Virus record (IMG/VR): IMGVR_UViG_2885989707_000002
Span: 1 to 7,253 of that record
DNA: 7,253 nucleotides
DNA from: a virus
Direction: 5' to 3' (one strand)
Position 1 is the stretch's first letter. Every line of letters starts with the position of its first letter. A program made the position numbers and the translations under genes. The notes under the pieces were generated by a model. The model was not told the origin of the DNA, ran no database searches, and saw only the letters and a program-made list of their open reading frames with translations. Shown here piece after piece: positions 5,078-7,253 of this stretch.

Positions 5078-5416
5078 ATGGCCGGCATATTCCAGTTCTT
5101 CACCACCATACTTGCCAAGATCGTCAACTTCGCCAAGTGGCTTCTCGCTGTATTCAAGCAAGTCTTTGTTGATTGCTGGAATATATTTACCGACTTGTTT
5201 TGCTGGGGATTTGAATCCGTTCTTGGCATTGCGGTCGGCGCTCTAAACATGATTGCCATCCCATTCAACCCGCAAACCTACTTTGCACTGATACCGCCAG
5301 ATGTAGCGAACGTTATGGGCTACATTGGTGTTCCCCAGGGCGCTGCGATAGTTGTTTCGGGCTTAATTATCCGCTTCACGCTTCAAACCATTCCGTTCGT
5401 TCGCTGGGGTTCCTGA
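5078..5416 (+). CDS. gVI: Minor coat protein gVI-like (DUF2523-like membrane protein), 112 aa
   Basis: Starts 1 nt after the gIII stop. It is a multi-TM hydrophobic protein the same length as Ff gpVI, and sits immediately upstream of, and overlapping (ATGA), the Zot-like gene. Confidence 0.7.
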   Translation: MAGIFQFFTTILAKIVNFAKWLLAVFKQVFVDCWNIFTDLFCWGFESVLGIAVGALNMIAIPFNPQTYFALIPPDVANVMGYIGVPQGAAIVVSGLIIRFTLQTIPFVRWGS

Positions 5417-6570
5417 TGATTAACTTGATGCTGGGCGCCCCTGGTGGCGGTAAGTCGTATGAGTCTGTTGTTTATCATGTGCTGCCAGCGCTCAATCGCG
5501 GGCGCAAGATTATTACCAACTTGCCCCTCAATCTCGATGCCCTGGAAGCGTTCTGCCCTGGCACACGCCACTTGGTTGAGATCAGAACCGAGAAGTTCGA
5601 CGGCGGGCTTATTCGCCCCTTTTCGCGTGTCGAGCACTTCGGCGACGACTGGCGGCATGAGACTGAGGGCAATGTTGGCCCTCTCTATCTGATCGACGAA
5701 TGTCATTTGGCATTGCCACTTCGCGGAACTGATATAGCCATTGAAGAATGGTTTTCCCTTCACCGGCACGAAGGGGCCGATGTTCTGTTGATCACGCAAA
5801 GTTACGGCAAAATCAATAAGGCCATCCGCGACCTGGTGCAGATGGTTTACCTCTGCCGCAAAGCAACCATGCTCGGCTCGAACAGTCACTACATTCGCAA
5901 GGTTAAAGATGGTTTGCGTGGTGCTGAGGTCAACTCGGCTATTCGCAAGTACGAGAAGCGCTATTTTCCGTTGTATCGGAGCCACACGAAGTCCAGCTCG
6001 GCAGTTGAGGAATTCGAGGCTAGTGACGTGCGTTCCATCTGGTCAGGCTGGCACTTTCGTGGTGCCGTCCTTTGCCTTCTCGTTGGCCCGCTTTGGCTGT
6101 TCTGGCTCTATTCCGGCGACAGCGAAGCCAAGGTCGCAAAGCAGCCTGAGAACGTCAGCACAACGGTCACCGTCGAGCACGTTGACGGCACGGTCGAGAC
6201 GACCACTACGGGGCCAGATCTGCACGCTGATGTTCCGGCAGAGGAATCCCATGAGCAAGGGCAGGGGAGTGAGCCCCCGCCGCCCCCAAGCCATCCATTC
6301 TCTGGCTATACGTTCTTCCTGAGCGCCCAGATGTACACCAAGCGAGAATCTGGCGAGTATCACAAGGGTTACGTCGCTCTCGCGCAAAACGGCGTTGTAG
6401 TCCGTCAGATCCCTTTCGACGACTTGCGAGAAGCCGGCTACGTGATCACCTATCGGTCGCCGTCCGTTATCAGCGTGACATTCGACGGCAAAGACCTGGG
6501 CTATGTCGTATCCGCGCTACCTCAGATCTCGATGACGCCAGCCAACCAGATAGGGAAAACCGGCGGTTAA
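5416..6570 (+). CDS. gI: Assembly ATPase gI / zonula occludens toxin (Zot) family protein, 384 aa
   Basis: N-terminal Walker A GAPGGGKS (residues 7-14) and Walker B-like PLYLIDECH (89-97). A single TM helix AVLCLLVGPLWLFWLY spans about residues 217-232. The C-terminal periplasmic domain has a PPPPP tract. Its position after gVI is canonical. Confidence 0.92.
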   Translation: MINLMLGAPGGGKSYESVVYHVLPALNRGRKIITNLPLNLDALEAFCPGTRHLVEIRTEKFDGGLIRPFSRVEHFGDDWRHETEGNVGPLYLIDECHLALPLRGTDIAIEEWFSLHRHEGADVLLITQSYGKINKAIRDLVQMVYLCRKATMLGSNSHYIRKVKDGLRGAEVNSAIRKYEKRYFPLYRSHTKSSSAVEEFEASDVRSIWSGWHFRGAVLCLLVGPLWLFWLYSGDSEAKVAKQPENVSTTVTVEHVDGTVETTTTGPDLHADVPAEESHEQGQGSEPPPPPSHPFSGYTFFLSAQMYTKRESGEYHKGYVALAQNGVVVRQIPFDDLREAGYVITYRSPSVISVTFDGKDLGYVVSALPQISMTPANQIGKTGG

Positions 6571-6607
6571 ACGGGAGGGCTCCCGCTTGCGGGAGGGACC
6601 CGTTTAA
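6567..6607 (+). other. Strong compound hairpin at the gI stop codon; candidate terminator, packaging signal or minus-strand origin element
   Basis: The outer stem TTAAACGGG / CCCGTTTAA is 9 bp. It encloses the inner stem CTCCCG-cttg-CGGGAG (6 bp). GGGAGGG occurs on both flanks. No T-run follows. Confidence 0.5.
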
Positions 6608-6739
6608 ACGTCCGCGTTTGACCCGCTCGGCAGTGTCTGTCACCTCCGGGCTCCACAGTGCACGCAACCACGACACCACGGCTCTAGGCCCCGCGTATCA
6701 AGCACCCTGATAACATCGCCGAAACGATAAGGGGGCTTA

Positions 6740-6753
6740 TGCATGGGCATGCA
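6740..6753. promoter_or_regulatory. Operator-like inverted repeat TGCATG-gg-CATGCA overlapping the start codon of the 62-aa ORF
   Basis: It has the same TGCATG/CATGCA half-sites as the tracts at 1098-1107 and 1163-1178, and lies at the head of the accessory cassette. Confidence 0.4.
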
Positions 6754-6931
6754 AGATAGGGATTGGTATCGGAACGAACGGCGTAAGCAACGACAGCAAC
6801 ACCAGGCTACTCAACATCAACCCGAACCCTCGACTTCATCAGCAAGCCCGCCAGGATTCACCAGCGCAGCAGCTATAGGCTCGCTACTCGCCGCGCTTAT
6901 CGTCGTCCTGATCGGCTTTGCATTCATCTGA
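6743..6931 (+). CDS. Hypothetical 62-aa C-tail-anchored membrane protein
   Basis: AGGGGG at 6729-6734 lies 8 nt upstream of the ATG. The N-terminus is basic and Gln-rich (MGMQDRDWYRNERRKQRQQHQ). A Pro/Ser linker leads to a C-terminal TM helix (AAIGSLLAALIVVLIGFAFI). Confidence 0.5.
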   Translation: MGMQDRDWYRNERRKQRQQHQATQHQPEPSTSSASPPGFTSAAAIGSLLAALIVVLIGFAFI

Positions 6932-6940
6932 GAACTGACC

Positions 6941-7138
6941 ATGCCTGACTTCATCAAGCTGACAGCGCCTGACGGCGTCGTGATCGAAGCGCCGGTCGAT
7001 GGTTGGCGTACCTGCGACTGCGGTGTGCTGGGCTTGGCTGACGGCTCGAACTGGTGCGATGACTGCAAGGAACGCTTTGAGCGCTCATGGGATGAATGCT
7101 TTGATTCTGCGGGTCGTCCGCCTCAGGCTGATTCCTAG
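6941..7138 (+). CDS. Hypothetical 65-aa Cys-rich (CxC..CxxC..C) acidic protein
   Basis: Open frame with moderately high GC3. Five Cys residues sit in TCDCGVLGLADGSNWCDDCKERFERSWDEC. The SD is weak, and the stop codon abuts the dif-like site. Confidence 0.45.
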   Translation: MPDFIKLTAPDGVVIEAPVDGWRTCDCGVLGLADGSNWCDDCKERFERSWDECFDSAGRPPQADS

Positions 7139-7232
7139 GCTTCGCATAATGAACAGGGATTCATGGTTAATGCCGTCCGGAAGATCGCGCCGATCCGGGC
7201 GGCATTGATCCATAATCCCCGTTATGCGAACG
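7139..7232 (+). other. Candidate XerC/XerD-dependent attP: two inverted dif-like sites able to fold into an imperfect hairpin of about 90 nt
   Basis: Site 1 (+, 7139-7171) reads GCTTCGCATAA-tgaacagggat-TCATGGTTAAT. Site 2 (read on the minus strand of 7205-7232, equal to 32-59) reads CGTTCGCATAA-cgggga-TTATGGATCAA. Compare E. coli dif GGTGCGCATAA-TGTATA-TTATGTTAAAT. The XerC-type arm TTCGCATAA is exact in both copies. Confidence 0.55.
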
Positions 7233-7253
7233 CCCCTCGACATCCCCACGCAC
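7174..7253. repeat. Terminal direct repeat, copy 2 (identical to 1..80)
   Basis: Same 80 nt as the window start. It includes the first 30 nt of the ORF that starts at 51. Confidence 0.97.

Larger units (their letters stand above)
1..7173 (+). mobile_element. Complete circular filamentous phage (inovirus) genome unit, 7173 bp
   Basis: The exact 80-bp terminal redundancy closes the circle. Gene content and order (gII/gX, ssb-like, small coat ORFs, gVIII, gIII, gVI, gI/Zot) and the 7.2-kb size are typical of Inoviridae. Nearly all genes lie on one strand. Confidence 0.9.

Noticed and set aside
5383-5985. 200-aa minus-strand ORF antisense to the gI N-terminal domain (plus 5444-5692 +, 5475-5672 -, 5909-6322 + and 6043-6387 -)
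   Set aside because: The + strand frame carries unambiguous Walker A and B motifs and Zot-family architecture. The antisense and out-of-frame ORFs are shadows.
6028-6570. Possible gXI-like internal restart in gI at in-frame GTG 6028 (V205), with GAGG 8 nt upstream, just before the TM helix
   Set aside because: It is attractive by analogy with Ff gpXI, but there is no in-frame ATG near the TM segment. A GTG plus a 4-nt SD is too weak to call from sequence alone.
6618-6710. Promoter-like hexamers (TTGACC at 6618-6623; TGATAACAT extended -10-like, approximately 6698-6706) upstream of the accessory cassette
   Set aside because: Neither has a properly spaced partner hexamer, so the evidence is too weak to annotate.
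6817-7208. 83-aa minus-strand ORF (6817-7068) and 69-aa + strand ORF (6999-7208)
   Set aside because: They overlap the 62-aa and 65-aa ORFs in other frames. The 69-aa ORF runs across the dif-like site, and its Arg-rich tail looks non-coding.
1-7253. Search for a secretin (gIV), integrase or recombinase, tRNA, rRNA and CRISPR repeats
   Set aside because: No ORF is large enough or has secretin or recombinase character. No cloverleaf-like or spacer-repeat structure was seen. The absence is noted as biology (host secretin and host XerCD are likely used), not as a feature.

Overview
The window is one complete, circularly permuted filamentous phage (inovirus, Ff-like) genome. Bases 1-80 are identical to 7174-7253, so the unit length is 7173 bp and the window ends are an arbitrary linearisation point. 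The + strand carries a near-canonical inovirus backbone. In order: gII-type rolling-circle initiator with a nested in-frame gX, an 81-aa membrane protein, a putative ssDNA-binding protein, tiny ORFs, a leaderless 44-aa major coat protein followed by a terminator, a gIII-like adsorption protein, a gVI-like protein, and a gI/Zot assembly ATPase. A single well-supported minus-strand gene encodes a small RHH-like repressor. It sits between gII and a plus-strand origin whose core is almost identical, by my recall, to the f1/M13 gpII nick-site hairpin. No secretin (gIV), integrase, tRNA, rRNA or CRISPR is visible. Four points deserve most attention. (1) The conserved Ff-type ori(+) is separated from gII by the inverted repressor gene. 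(2) About 90 nt of imperfect palindrome is built from two inverted dif-like XerC/XerD sites, resembling a CTXphi-type folded attP, and would explain integration without an integrase. (3) A switch region contains TGCATGCA-type palindromic, alternating purine-pyrimidine tracts, with a third copy at the start of an accessory cassette. (4) A cassette of four small ORFs occupies the slot where Ff phages carry gIV, and there is a highly acidic 39-aa zinc-ribbon mini-protein in the gVII slot. All homology statements come from by-eye comparison with sequences recalled from memory. No database search was run.
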